Below are positions 54,723 to 63,763 of a DNA stretch of 64,000 nt, piece after piece. Below the pieces are notes generated by a model. It was given only the letters and a program-made list of their open reading frames with translations. It did no database searches and was not told the DNA's origin. Source of the DNA: a virus. Its lineage: Duplodnaviria > Caudoviricetes. Both the position numbers and the translations under genes were made by a program. Positions within the stretch are counted from its first letter, which is position 1. Every line of letters starts with the position of its first letter. The stretch is taken from the IMG/VR virus record IMGVR_UViG_2600255093_000008, positions 15,992 to 79,991 of that record; one strand, given 5' to 3'.

Positions 54723-55436
54723 TCACACACGACCTTTCCGAGGAGACAACACGAGCCATGTCTGAGACCACAGCCCTTGCCGGAGCAGTTCCGCGGCGAT
54801 GACCCACGGTGCGGTTTCGGCGCTCGGGATCTCCGCACTCGACTGCACGCTGAACGGGTTCGCGCCCGATGTGGCCAGCAGACGGCATTTGCTCGCGGTC
54901 CCAGTGATCGGGATGAACTGACACAGCACCGCACCGGCAGGAATCCGGCCCTCGCGATCCCACTGCGCGAAGATGCCGACGATGTCTTCGCCCGGTGGCA
55001 GGATCACACGGCGCGGGATAGGCTCGCCCGGAGGCCGTCGCTTCGGCGGAGGCGTGGACTCATCGAAGTCGTCCACCGGAGCAGGTGGAGGGGGCAGCTC
55101 GGGAGCGGACGGTGCGGGCCAGCCGGCCATCACTTTGAGCATGTGGACCCGGCCGCCGAACAGCTTGATGAGGGCGTCACCAAACCTGTACCGACTGACG
55201 TCGGACAACTCGTGCTTGTATGCGATCACGAATGCCGGTTCACACGTTGGGTCCGCCGCGGCCTCGGCCTCAGTCAGTGGGCGCAGATCCGCGAGCGTGA
55301 GAATGCCCTTCTCTTTGAAGTAGGTCGCGGCCTCGGCCGGCATGCCGGGCACGTCGGCGAGATTGAGGGCCGGGCCGGGATCGCGAAACTTCGGGGCAGC
55401 CTCGGTCGCGCCGGTGAAGACTTGCTTGCGCCTCAT
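54723..55436 (-). CDS. Hypothetical protein with Pro-rich linker
   Basis: ATGA-coupled to the MTase. Confidence 0.55.
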   Translation of the reverse strand: MRRKQVFTGATEAAPKFRDPGPALNLADVPGMPAEAATYFKEKGILTLADLRPLTEAEAAADPTCEPAFVIAYKHELSDVSRYRFGDALIKLFGGRVHMLKVMAGWPAPSAPELPPPPAPVDDFDESTPPPKRRPPGEPIPRRVILPPGEDIVGIFAQWDREGRIPAGAVLCQFIPITGTASKCRLLATSGANPFSVQSSAEIPSAETAPWVIAAELLRQGLWSQTWLVLSPRKGRV

Positions 55437-56434
55437 GGCTTCACCGCCTTTCGCTTCCGGCCGGTGGGCTTCTTCGGTTCCTCCGACTCAGGCAGTGGGG
55501 TCGGTTCGACGGGCACGGTCGCGAGTGGTACCGGGCTGTCGTCGAAATCATCGAACGGGAGCGTGCCCTGGACGCCGACCTTCGCCACCCTTTCTGCGGT
55601 GTTGAGGTTGCGGCACGCGGCGGCGTGGTACTCGGGCTTCAGTTCGCACCCGTAGAACCGACGGCGCCGTTTGATGGCGACGTAGCCCTCCGACCCGATC
55701 CCGGCGAACGGCGAGAAGACCAATTCACCGGGGTTGGAGTAGAGCCGAATCAGGCGATCAATGACCGACAGTTGCAAGGGGCAGATGTGCTGTGTGTCCC
55801 CTTCACCGCGGGCCTCTTCCTTTCCCTTGTCGCCTTTGAGCGTGTCGTTCTCGCGAATGTCGCCCCAACACCCTTCGGCCCACTCGATCCAGTCGTTGCG
55901 GGAAACCTCTCCATCCGAGTCAATCGGGACCGCGTTCTCCCCGGGAACAATGAACTTAAGCAGGTAGTCCGGGAGCGACCCTCGAGACGCCGCGCGGTCG
56001 TTCTCCAGTCCGGCGAACTGAAGGCTCCGGCTCCGCGTGCGGATGGCCTGAGCTTGGGGATTTTTGCGTACCGACCAGTCGTACTCGAACACCAGCCCGG
56101 CCCGCTCGCCGAGCCGGATGTTCATCCCGCGGTAATCGAACAGACCGGTGCCCCCGGACCGCTTCATGCGCGGGATCTGGGCCACGTGGACCATCACCAC
56201 CCGCCCCGGTTTCATGACCCGGACGAGCTGGCGGTAGAAGAACGACAGGTGCAGTTTCGCGTCGCCCTTCAGATCCTCACTGTTACCGATGTCCCGGTCG
56301 CTCGACGTGTAGGCGTAGAGCTTGGGGAACGGCGGGCTGAACGCGGCCATGTCGAACACCGCCGGGGGGAGCGCGGCCATGTGCTCGATGCAGTCACCGA
56401 GGTGAACGTGCCACGGGTTCTCAGTAGTCAGCAC
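55433..56434 (-). CDS. Beta-class N4-C/N6-A DNA methyltransferase
   Basis: SPPF motif IV precedes PFAGIGS motif I; HICPLQ. Confidence 0.9.
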   Translation of the reverse strand: MLTTENPWHVHLGDCIEHMAALPPAVFDMAAFSPPFPKLYAYTSSDRDIGNSEDLKGDAKLHLSFFYRQLVRVMKPGRVVMVHVAQIPRMKRSGGTGLFDYRGMNIRLGERAGLVFEYDWSVRKNPQAQAIRTRSRSLQFAGLENDRAASRGSLPDYLLKFIVPGENAVPIDSDGEVSRNDWIEWAEGCWGDIRENDTLKGDKGKEEARGEGDTQHICPLQLSVIDRLIRLYSNPGELVFSPFAGIGSEGYVAIKRRRRFYGCELKPEYHAAACRNLNTAERVAKVGVQGTLPFDDFDDSPVPLATVPVEPTPLPESEEPKKPTGRKRKAVKP

Positions 56435-57887
56435 GGAACGCCTCCTTAAAGAGTTGCTCTTGCTCCTCAGTGTCCGCCTGTACCCGGCCCGCTTTCGCGA
56501 GCACGGTATCGATCATGGGGCGCTCGATTTCGGTGGTCGGGATTAACACGTCGAGCGGCCGCGTCGAGCCGTAGCGGTTGGCGCGCTTCACCGCCTGGTA
56601 GTAGTCCTCGTAGCTGTCTTGCAGCGTCGAGAAGACCATCCGCCGGCACCGCTGGAGGTTCAGCCCGAAACCCATGATCTTCGGCTTGGTGATGAGCGTG
56701 GCGCGTTCACCGGTCTGGAACTGGCGGATCAGCTCGCCGCGCTCCTTCTCCGGAGTCTCACCCGACACATCACCAGCGCCCGGCATCAGCCGGACCAGCT
56801 CGTCTTGCTCCGGGTTGTACTTGCACCACACGATGCACGGTTCGTCCGACGACGCGACCAGATCGGCGATGAATCGGGGCTTGTGGCCGCTCGCTTCCTT
56901 TGCGATGGACGCGACCTTCTGGCGCCCGCCGATCCCGCCCGGAACGCCGAACAGGTTCCCGGTGACGGCCTGCGCCCGGTTCCACTGGTCGTCAGTTAGC
57001 GGGACGTCGAGGATCTGCGTGTTGATCGGTGGGAGCGGACCCGAGTTGTCCTTCCACCCGTAAACTCCGGGCCGGGACAGGAAGATGCACCAGTGCGAGA
57101 GGGCGCGGTAGAACGGCCGGAGGGCGTGCGGCTTCAGCTCCCAGCGGTTCGCCGTTTCGCCGCGGTTAACGAAGAACCGCGCGAGGAAGCTGTTGACCGT
57201 CGGGAACTGGTCGAGGAACACCGCGTGGTTCGCGTACTCGATCCGGTCGTTCGGCGCGGGCGTCCCGGTGAGGCACAGCTTCCACTCGATGCCGCGGCCC
57301 AAATTGATGAGCCGCTGGCCCCACTGACCGTAATGCGATTTCAGTAAGCTCGACTCGTCGAGAATCAGCGCACCCAACCGCCCGGCGCTCGTTACCTTCT
57401 TGGTGATAGCTTCGTAGTTCGTGATCCCGAGGCGCCCGGCCCCCGCCTCGATCCATTTGGGCAGATCCGCCGCGCGGACGGGTTCTATGGGCATGTCGCC
57501 GCGGTAGAATTTCGCGGCCTCGCTCACGGTCTGGTTCACGACCATGAGGGGCGACACGATCAGAACCGCTCGGTCGCGCGGGAGCACGCCGAGAGCCTGT
57601 CGCGCGAACTCCAGCATGATGAGCGTCTTGCCCAGTCCACAATCGGCGAACACCGCGAACTTGCGCCGGGTGATCGCCGTTGCCGCGATGTCGGCCTGAT
57701 AATCGAACAGGCCCCTCATCGGGTCGTACAGCTCGTCAACCGGGTCCGACGGCGCCACCCCCAGACGCGCCGCGTACTCGTCCGGGAACCACGCCTCGCG
57801 CCCCACGAAGCGGTGCACCGGCAGGGCCTTCACCTGCAGGAAGGTCCGGTACCCGTCGATCGTGTTGAGGTCGAGTTCGAGACGCAT
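56421..57887 (-). CDS. SNF2-related SF2 helicase
   Basis: DCGLGKT, ILDESS, LTGTPAPND, GFGLNLQ, QAVKRANRYG. Confidence 0.9.
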   Translation of the reverse strand: MRLELDLNTIDGYRTFLQVKALPVHRFVGREAWFPDEYAARLGVAPSDPVDELYDPMRGLFDYQADIAATAITRRKFAVFADCGLGKTLIMLEFARQALGVLPRDRAVLIVSPLMVVNQTVSEAAKFYRGDMPIEPVRAADLPKWIEAGAGRLGITNYEAITKKVTSAGRLGALILDESSLLKSHYGQWGQRLINLGRGIEWKLCLTGTPAPNDRIEYANHAVFLDQFPTVNSFLARFFVNRGETANRWELKPHALRPFYRALSHWCIFLSRPGVYGWKDNSGPLPPINTQILDVPLTDDQWNRAQAVTGNLFGVPGGIGGRQKVASIAKEASGHKPRFIADLVASSDEPCIVWCKYNPEQDELVRLMPGAGDVSGETPEKERGELIRQFQTGERATLITKPKIMGFGLNLQRCRRMVFSTLQDSYEDYYQAVKRANRYGSTRPLDVLIPTTEIERPMIDTVLAKAGRVQADTEEQEQLFKEAFRADY

Positions 57888-57954
57888 ATGCGCGCACCGG
57901 GGGCTACGCGGCACGGTTCGCTGTGCCGCTCGAACGAATCGGGCTAACTGCGGG

Positions 57955-58308
57955 TCAGGCTGCGGAGGCGATCAGCTCGCGGATACGGCCCGCGACCTTT
58001 GCGGGCGTGGTGCGCGGGATCGACGGGTAGCACTCGGGCGCGAACAGGTGCCGGGCCTGTTCGTAGCTGATGTCGAAGAACATCGCAGCAGCGCCAAAAC
58101 CGACCATGTTGCCGAAACTTGGTACCGCAGGATCGCCGGCGAGACAGAGTTTCTGTTCGCGGAATTCTTGGATCAGGCAAGCGTGCCCCATCGCACAAGC
58201 GACAGTCCCGCAGTCCGGATATTCACGATGCCAAATGCCCAAATCGAAGGCCTTCTCTTCGACGGTATCGAGGTGGTTGGCGAGCACTGTCAGGCGATCG
58301 GTTTTCAC
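57955..58308 (-). CDS. Conserved phage hypothetical protein
   Basis: FD...W..CGTVACAMGHA motif. Confidence 0.6.
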   Translation of the reverse strand: MKTDRLTVLANHLDTVEEKAFDLGIWHREYPDCGTVACAMGHACLIQEFREQKLCLAGDPAVPSFGNMVGFGAAAMFFDISYEQARHLFAPECYPSIPRTTPAKVAGRIRELIASAA

Positions 58309-58616
58309 GCACTGATCTCCATTGCGGGCCTGATGATTTCGTTCCAGATCGCCCCGGCGTGCTTACAGACCGGCACGCCATTGGCCTCACACCATCGCCC
58401 GGCCGCGTGCCGGTTGTACTTCCACGCCGGACACGAGCACTTGCACCCGCCGTCGGGGAGCTCGCTCACGCGGTGCGTCTCGCCCTTCGGGGAGGTCACC
58501 AGCCACGCGCGCCACTCGCTCTCATCAGCGACGACCGGCAGCACGAGGTAGGCGACCAGTTCGCCGTCGGGCTGTTGCACCTCGACGGCGGGCTTTCCGT
58601 ACACGGTGGCGGGCAT
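58305..58616 (-). CDS. SWIM zinc-finger protein
   Basis: CKCSCPAW...CKH. Confidence 0.75.
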   Translation of the reverse strand: MPATVYGKPAVEVQQPDGELVAYLVLPVVADESEWRAWLVTSPKGETHRVSELPDGGCKCSCPAWKYNRHAAGRWCEANGVPVCKHAGAIWNEIIRPAMEISA

Positions 58617-58619
58617 GGG

Positions 58620-60041
58620 TCACTTCTTGTCGGGGTGCGTCTTGAGGTCCGCGGTCAGGGCGACGAGTTGCTCGGTGCTCAGCTCGTACAGTTGGGTTTT
58701 GCCCTCGTACTTCGTGCCGAACCGGGTGTTGAGCCACGAGACGCACTTGACCCAACGGGTTCCGGTGCGCAAAATCTCGGCCCGGCACGCGCTGAACTCG
58801 GGACGCGAAAGGGACTCCTTGAGCTGATCGACCGTGGCAACTGCCAGCTCGATTGCGGTCTTGTTCCACTTCGTGAAGTCGGGGGACAGGCCCTTCCGTG
58901 CTCCGCCCTCCATGATTCGCGCCGTGACAGCACCGGCCGAGCACAGGCCCTGGTCAACGAAGTCCGCGTCCTGGTGACTGATCCACTCCGCGAAGTCGTC
59001 ACCCACGGCCGGATGCCACGGCTCCCCTTCGTCCTCAGTCGTAGAGGTGGAGGTTTGCGAGGTCGTCGCAGACGCATCGGACGCAGTGGCACCAGCGGCA
59101 CTCGTAGGGTCCGAGCCTTCCTCATCCTCCGTCGCCACGTCCCCCACCGGCGCGGATTCCGGCATGCGGCCGGGCTGGTCGTCCTGCTGGTGGGGCGCGA
59201 ACTCCTGCGCGACCTCGGCCTCTTCCGCGTCGTCACTGAAGTCGTCGGGGGCCGCGAGTAGCCGCTTGTATTCGGTCTGGGCTGCGGCCAGTTCCTTGAC
59301 GTGCTTCACCTCGAACTGCGCCAGTTCCAGCGCGCGGGCCTGGAGTGCCGCGATGTCGTTACCCTGCAACTCGACGTGGACGACGTAGATCGTCGTGGGC
59401 TTGCCGTCGGGTGACACCTGCATCGGCCGCACGACGAGCCGGAGCGGGAGGCCGCGGAGCACACCGCCGGTGAGCTGGCGGAGCTGTACGAGTGAGCCGT
59501 ACATCTGGTCGGAGGTGATCCGCGACGTGGTGCGGAACTTATAGAGGCCCCCGAAGCGCGACGACGCGGACGCAATCAGCACGTTCAGCGTGCAGTGCAG
59601 TTTGAACATGGGGGCGTTGTTGAATTTGAGGTCCGCCCACGCGCTCACCCACGGCTGAATCTTCGGCTTATCCAGCCACTTTCCCGTCTTGTGGTCGAAG
59701 AATGTCGTGAGCGTCTCGCCGTCCGATTTGCCGGCCAGCCTTTTGCCGTTGTACCAGAGGTAAGCGGCCTGCATCACCTCTTCCATGTTGTTGGACAACA
59801 GGGACACGGGGATCGAGGTGAGCTTGCCGTTGCTGTCTTTGGGGAGCGACGCCATCAGCTCGGTGTCGTCGATCAAAAGCCCTTGCTCGTCCCTGTTCAG
59901 CGTGGTGATGTGAAACTCGTCGTACTTCATCGGCGCGCGATACTTGTTGCCGGCCTTGCTGGTGCGTTCTTCACCCAGTCCACCGATCTTGATCTTGCCC
60001 AGCTCGCACACGCGCGGGCGGAGCATGTTCGCCAGAGACAT
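58620..60041 (-). CDS. Gp3-like recombination protein with acidic linker
   Basis: ELGKIKIG...P.K.DEF; C...L.V, GG.YKFRTTS. Confidence 0.7.
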   Translation of the reverse strand: MSLANMLRPRVCELGKIKIGGLGEERTSKAGNKYRAPMKYDEFHITTLNRDEQGLLIDDTELMASLPKDSNGKLTSIPVSLLSNNMEEVMQAAYLWYNGKRLAGKSDGETLTTFFDHKTGKWLDKPKIQPWVSAWADLKFNNAPMFKLHCTLNVLIASASSRFGGLYKFRTTSRITSDQMYGSLVQLRQLTGGVLRGLPLRLVVRPMQVSPDGKPTTIYVVHVELQGNDIAALQARALELAQFEVKHVKELAAAQTEYKRLLAAPDDFSDDAEEAEVAQEFAPHQQDDQPGRMPESAPVGDVATEDEEGSDPTSAAGATASDASATTSQTSTSTTEDEGEPWHPAVGDDFAEWISHQDADFVDQGLCSAGAVTARIMEGGARKGLSPDFTKWNKTAIELAVATVDQLKESLSRPEFSACRAEILRTGTRWVKCVSWLNTRFGTKYEGKTQLYELSTEQLVALTADLKTHPDKK

Positions 60042-60066
60042 TGGGGCATCCTCAGTTAGTGATTTC

Positions 60067-60158
60067 AGCGCCGCGGATGGGAGTCGAACCCATCAACCGA
60101 CCCGTTCTCCGCACCACAGCCGAGAGCTTGCAAGCGGCCGTAGGTGGTCGTCGCAGCA
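60067..60158 (-). ncRNA. tRNA-like structured RNA, copy 1
   Basis: Acceptor-like stem TGCTGCG/CGCGGCG; T arm GATGGG-TTCGACT-CCCATC; long central stem; no D arm, anticodon arm or CCA. Confidence 0.65.
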
Positions 60159-60298
60159 GATAGTTGCCGGGGCCGCGAGGGAGGCTGTTCGCTCGCGCCC
60201 CGGCTGCCGTGGTTTTTGTGCCGGCGCTCACGGGCACTGCACGGCTAATCCCACACCTGCGGGCCACGCGGCCCTGCGCCCCGGTGCCGGGCGGGGTA

Positions 60299-60586
60299 TC
60301 ACTTGTTCGCGTGGGCCTGTGCCGCCTGGATCTGGTACGGCATCCACTCGCAATAGTCGCCGCCCGGCTCAGGCTCGCCCGGCTGCCGGAGCGTGACGGA
60401 CGTCATGCCGAAAGTCTTGCCGTTCGCGTCGGACACGGTCAGGTTCACGCACGTGTCGCTATGAACGTAGGCGACGTGCGCGTTGTGGGGCTTGCCAGCA
60501 TTCAGCGCGAAGCCGAATCCGTGCTTACTCTCCTTTGGCACGAACAGCACAACGCGGCCAATGGTCGGCTTGATCGTCTGACTCAT
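60299..60586 (-). CDS. Conserved small beta-barrel phage protein
   Basis: KPTIGRVVLF...VNL.V..ANG...SV. Confidence 0.7.
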   Translation of the reverse strand: MSQTIKPTIGRVVLFVPKESKHGFGFALNAGKPHNAHVAYVHSDTCVNLTVSDANGKTFGMTSVTLRQPGEPEPGGDYCEWMPYQIQAAQAHANK

Positions 60587-60646
60587 CTGATCTCCACGTA
60601 AAAGAATGGTCGAAATTCACCACACGTCGTCGGGCCGCGATCGGCC

Positions 60647-60808
60647 TTATTCGTCGTCTTCGTCGTCCTCTAAGTCGTCGCCCTGGTCGTCGAACCGCCC
60701 GTCTATGTTCTCCTGCACTTCGGTAAGCAGTTCGTCGTACTCGCCCTCGTCCAGCTCATCCTCCGCTTGGTCGAGCAGCTTCGTGATCCTGGCCAGGAAC
60801 TCGTTCAC
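60647..60808 (-). CDS. Extremely acidic 53-aa protein
   Basis: 24 Asp/Glu versus 3 Lys/Arg; GGGGA SD. Confidence 0.65.
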   Translation of the reverse strand: MNEFLARITKLLDQAEDELDEGEYDELLTEVQENIDGRFDDQGDDLEDDEDDE

Positions 60809-61052
60809 CGTTAATTCCCCTTTCCTCTGATGCCCGGTGGAACCGTTTGATCGCGGCACTGGTCGTCCACCACTCGCCCCGCCGCTTGACCCCGTCCAGG
60901 TGGACCCGGCTCCGCCCCTCGATGATCCACCGCAGCATCACCACCGGTGGGGCGCCGGCCGCTCGGGTCAGTTCCGCGAGCGGCCGAAGGTTACCGTCAG
61001 CCGCCAGGCGCAGGATCGCCCGGCCGATCTCGATGCGGCTCAGCTTCGCCAC
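60756..61052 (-). CDS. DUF1580-like HTH protein
   Basis: LRWIIEGR...LDGVKR.GEWWTTSAAIKRF. Confidence 0.7.
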   Translation of the reverse strand: MAKLSRIEIGRAILRLAADGNLRPLAELTRAAGAPPVVMLRWIIEGRSRVHLDGVKRRGEWWTTSAAIKRFHRASEERGINGERVPGQDHEAARPSGG

Positions 61053-61054
61053 GG

Positions 61055-61357
61055 TCACTCCAGTTCGGTTGGTTCGTCGGGAGAGTCGCCGTCGTCCACG
61101 ACGATTGCGGCGTCGCCAGCTTCGGGCGACTCTCCCTGTAACTTCGCCTCGGCTTCCAGTGCCGGCGTCCACTCGATCGGGGCCACCCGATCGTCGAGGA
61201 TCAGGAACTCCGTCAGCACAGATCCCTGCGCCGCGTAATCGGTGATGGCGTCTTCGAGCGTCTCGCCGTGACCGTGCCGCTTCACGGCTTCCTCGCGAGC
61301 GAGGTTCTCCAGTTCGACCGAATCAATGGCCGTGTATTCGATGATGAGAACGGGCAC
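61055..61357 (-). CDS. Acidic hypothetical protein
   Basis: GAGG SD; acidic tail. Confidence 0.55.
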   Translation of the reverse strand: MPVLIIEYTAIDSVELENLAREEAVKRHGHGETLEDAITDYAAQGSVLTEFLILDDRVAPIEWTPALEAEAKLQGESPEAGDAAIVVDDGDSPDEPTELE

Positions 61358-61374
61358 GGGAACCTCGTTGGTTG

Positions 61375-62304
61375 TCAGGCCACCATCGGGAGCGCGACGC
61401 GGCGCAGCGCCGACACCGCTTTTCGACTGCCCCACCCGTGTACCGCGAAGCCGATGGCGAGCGTCGCGCCGGCGAGACGAGCGTCGTTGAAGCACAACCG
61501 GCAGTCGGTACAGACGCGGTCGCGGGTTTGCTGCGGGCACGGGACGACCTTCACCCCGTCAACCTCGTGGGCGACGTCCGACGCGAACTCCGGCACCACG
61601 ATCGCCGCGGCGTACCCACGGGCGCGGGCCAGGAGCACATCGGCCCCGGTCTCACAGCTCGCGAGGATGGACACCGTACCCCACGCATCGCGCGGAACCG
61701 TCCGCCAGGCGTGCGTGTAGGCCCAGACCCGGACCGCCAGGCCGAGCTGCCGGCCCCGCTCCACGTACCGAGCACATGCCGCCGCGATGAGTCGGGTGCC
61801 CTCGTCGGTGGTCGAATCGCCGGCGACGTGGAGCCGCAAGTCACGGTCACCCGGCAGACCGTCGATCGCCGCGGCCTCGGCACGGGCCAGGTCGAGCGGC
61901 GTCGCTTCCATCGCGCCCGCCGTGATCCGGTCCCAGATGACGCGGTTGTTGTCGTGCTCCGCGTAGCAGCCCTTCTGGTGGAACGCGCACGACGTCGGGC
62001 ACGACTGGCGAGCGACGATCGTGACGGCAGCCTGACCGAGCTTCGCGTTCTTTGAGTTCGCGACCACCGTGACGCCCGATCCCTTCTTGACCTTTGCGGC
62101 ACGCTTCGCGGCCCACTTAACGACCTGGTGCCCGTAGCACATGAACGGGCCACGCATCCGCGCCTTGAGCCGACCGTCGCTGATCGCTCGGTGGACGTTG
62201 CCCACGTCCAGACCGATAACCTTCGCGATCTGTGCGGCCGTGTACAGGCGCGACCCGCTAAGCTGTGCGCGCACGCGCGCCAGTGATTCCGCCGGGGTAA
62301 TCAT
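61375..62304 (-). CDS. HTH_17 fused to GP88-like Fe-S/radical-SAM-like domain
   Basis: YTAAQIAKVIG HTH; SCPTSC....GCYAE, RLHVAGD, WAYTH, CPQQ...CTDCRLC. Confidence 0.72.
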   Translation of the reverse strand: MITPAESLARVRAQLSGSRLYTAAQIAKVIGLDVGNVHRAISDGRLKARMRGPFMCYGHQVVKWAAKRAAKVKKGSGVTVVANSKNAKLGQAAVTIVARQSCPTSCAFHQKGCYAEHDNNRVIWDRITAGAMEATPLDLARAEAAAIDGLPGDRDLRLHVAGDSTTDEGTRLIAAACARYVERGRQLGLAVRVWAYTHAWRTVPRDAWGTVSILASCETGADVLLARARGYAAAIVVPEFASDVAHEVDGVKVVPCPQQTRDRVCTDCRLCFNDARLAGATLAIGFAVHGWGSRKAVSALRRVALPMVA

Positions 62305-62320
62305 TCCTTTGACCCTCTTG

Positions 62321-62421
62321 AGCGCCGCGGCCGGGAGTCGAACCCGGCAACCGACCCGTTCTCCACACCACCGCGTCACGGGAGTCGTCTTGTGTCAACG
62401 CGGTAGCTAGTCGTCGCAGCA
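62321..62421 (-). ncRNA. tRNA-like structured RNA, copy 2
   Basis: Same scaffold as copy 1 with T stem GCCGGG/CCCGGC (compensatory changes). Confidence 0.65.
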
Positions 62422-62553
62422 ACTCGGTTCTCCCCCGACCGCAACGCGACCAGGGAACCTCCACCGAAAGGCCGGTCATGGGCCGACCGGAGCCTGCGCA
62501 TATTGGCGTGCGCTGCACCCTCACACCCCCTTCCCTGGGGAGGACTCACGTTG

Positions 62554-62910
62554 TCACTTCGTCGGCAGTGCGGTTGCGGGGATCAGGTCACCCGGGAGCA
62601 CGTCGGGCTGGGCCACTTGCGGCCCCTGCGGTTGGCGGGACAGCTCGCGGAGCAGCCCGTTGCGCTCCAGTTCGAGATCCAGCACCTGGCGCCGCAGATT
62701 GAACTCGGCCGTGCGGAGCCGGTGGTTCTCGACGAGCAGTTGCTTCGCGGCCGGGGTGTCCATCTCGTGGACATGGGCCGGTTCGGGGCGGATCAGTCGG
62801 TCCCCGCCGTACACGATGCCGGCACACGCCGTGACTACCGCGAGGTACCCGACGCACGCCGGGGCCATCTCGCACGCGGCGCCGATCCAGTTCGAGAGAG
62901 ACCGTTTCAT
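62554..62910 (-). CDS. Membrane-anchored coiled-coil protein
   Basis: Hydrophobic N-terminus followed by heptads. Confidence 0.55.
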   Translation of the reverse strand: MKRSLSNWIGAACEMAPACVGYLAVVTACAGIVYGGDRLIRPEPAHVHEMDTPAAKQLLVENHRLRTAEFNLRRQVLDLELERNGLLRELSRQPQGPQVAQPDVLPGDLIPATALPTK

Positions 62911-63035
62911 CGCTTGCCCTCCGTGACGGGTCGCGGCCGATCGGGTTCAAGCCAGCAGAACAAGAGGCCGAATCCGACACAGGCCAAAAGGATCAAGGGC
63001 GTGAAGACAACCACTGCGGTGAGGAATGCGGCCAT
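62907..63035 (-). CDS. Small single-TM protein (42 aa)
   Basis: MAAFLTAVVVFTPLILLACVGFGLLFCW...; ATGA overlap. Confidence 0.45.
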   Translation of the reverse strand: MAAFLTAVVVFTPLILLACVGFGLLFCWLEPDRPRPVTEGKR

Positions 63036-63138
63036 CGGGACATCCTCCGGGCGAACCGCGTGTATCACCGACCGGGGGAGTCAGCGGCTGTCGCCCATTC
63101 AGCGCACATCCTCACCCCGGCCGGTTTTCTCCTGCGAG

Positions 63139-63387
63139 TCAGGTGCGGCCCATGATGCGCCGGTAGTTCAGCACCGGTGCCACACCTCGACTCGACTGCT
63201 CGATTGCGATGGCCAGCTCGTCTTCGTAGACGCGGCGCTCGGCACCTTTTCGCAGCGCGACTGGTCGCGGGTCCGTGAACACCAAGTGCCACCGGCGCCA
63301 GAACGTTCGACGACAGCACCCGAGCGCCCTGCACGCCTCCTGCATCTTCACGAGGCGCGTCGTCAGTATTGGGGTGCGCGACGGCAT
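63139..63387 (-). CDS. Excisionase-like HTH protein
   Basis: LVKMQEACRALGCCRRTFWR...RRVYEDEL. Confidence 0.7.
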   Translation of the reverse strand: MPSRTPILTTRLVKMQEACRALGCCRRTFWRRWHLVFTDPRPVALRKGAERRVYEDELAIAIEQSSRGVAPVLNYRRIMGRT

Positions 63388-63593
63388 TAGCGGCGGCCCT
63401 CGGTTTCCGCCTGCATCTCGGCCAGCACCTTGCGGTACTCCTTGTCAATTCCGGGTCCGCCGAATCGGTCGACAACATCGGCGATGTTCCCGCCACGGCG
63501 CTCGCGAATGACCCGGACCTTGGAAAGAAAGCTCTCGTAGAGAAGTGCCGCTTTGACGGCTTCCGCCTTCTCCTCTGCGGCGGTGGTGCTCAT
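63387..63593 (-). CDS. Small regulator, first gene of leftward early operon (RHH-like, Cro position)
   Basis: LYESFLSKVRVIRERRGGNIADVVDRF. Confidence 0.55.
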   Translation of the reverse strand: MSTTAAEEKAEAVKAALLYESFLSKVRVIRERRGGNIADVVDRFGGPGIDKEYRKVLAEMQAETEGRR

Positions 63594-63604
63594 CTTGGCT
63601 CCGC

Positions 63605-63669
63605 TCGTTTGAACGCTCCGTTCGTTTGAACGCTGAGAAATAAATAACACCACGTTCAAAATTTGTCAA
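63605..63669 (-). promoter_or_regulatory. Leftward early promoter with operator repeats
   Basis: TTGACA (63669-63664), 17 bp, TATTTA; TCGTTTGAACGCT at 63605 and 63622; inverted CGTTCAAA at 63653. Confidence 0.7.
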
Positions 63670-63763
63670 GTCACGGGAACGAACTATTTCTAAACCGGTG
63701 CGTTGAGACGGGGCGGGCGCGCCGCTAACCTGAGCGACATGCCCCTCAAGGCGAGAGGCGACC

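Noticed and set aside
60067-62421. Canonical tRNA or tmRNA genes
   Set aside because: No D arm, no 7-nt anticodon loop, no CCA and no tag ORF; kept as an unclassified ncRNA
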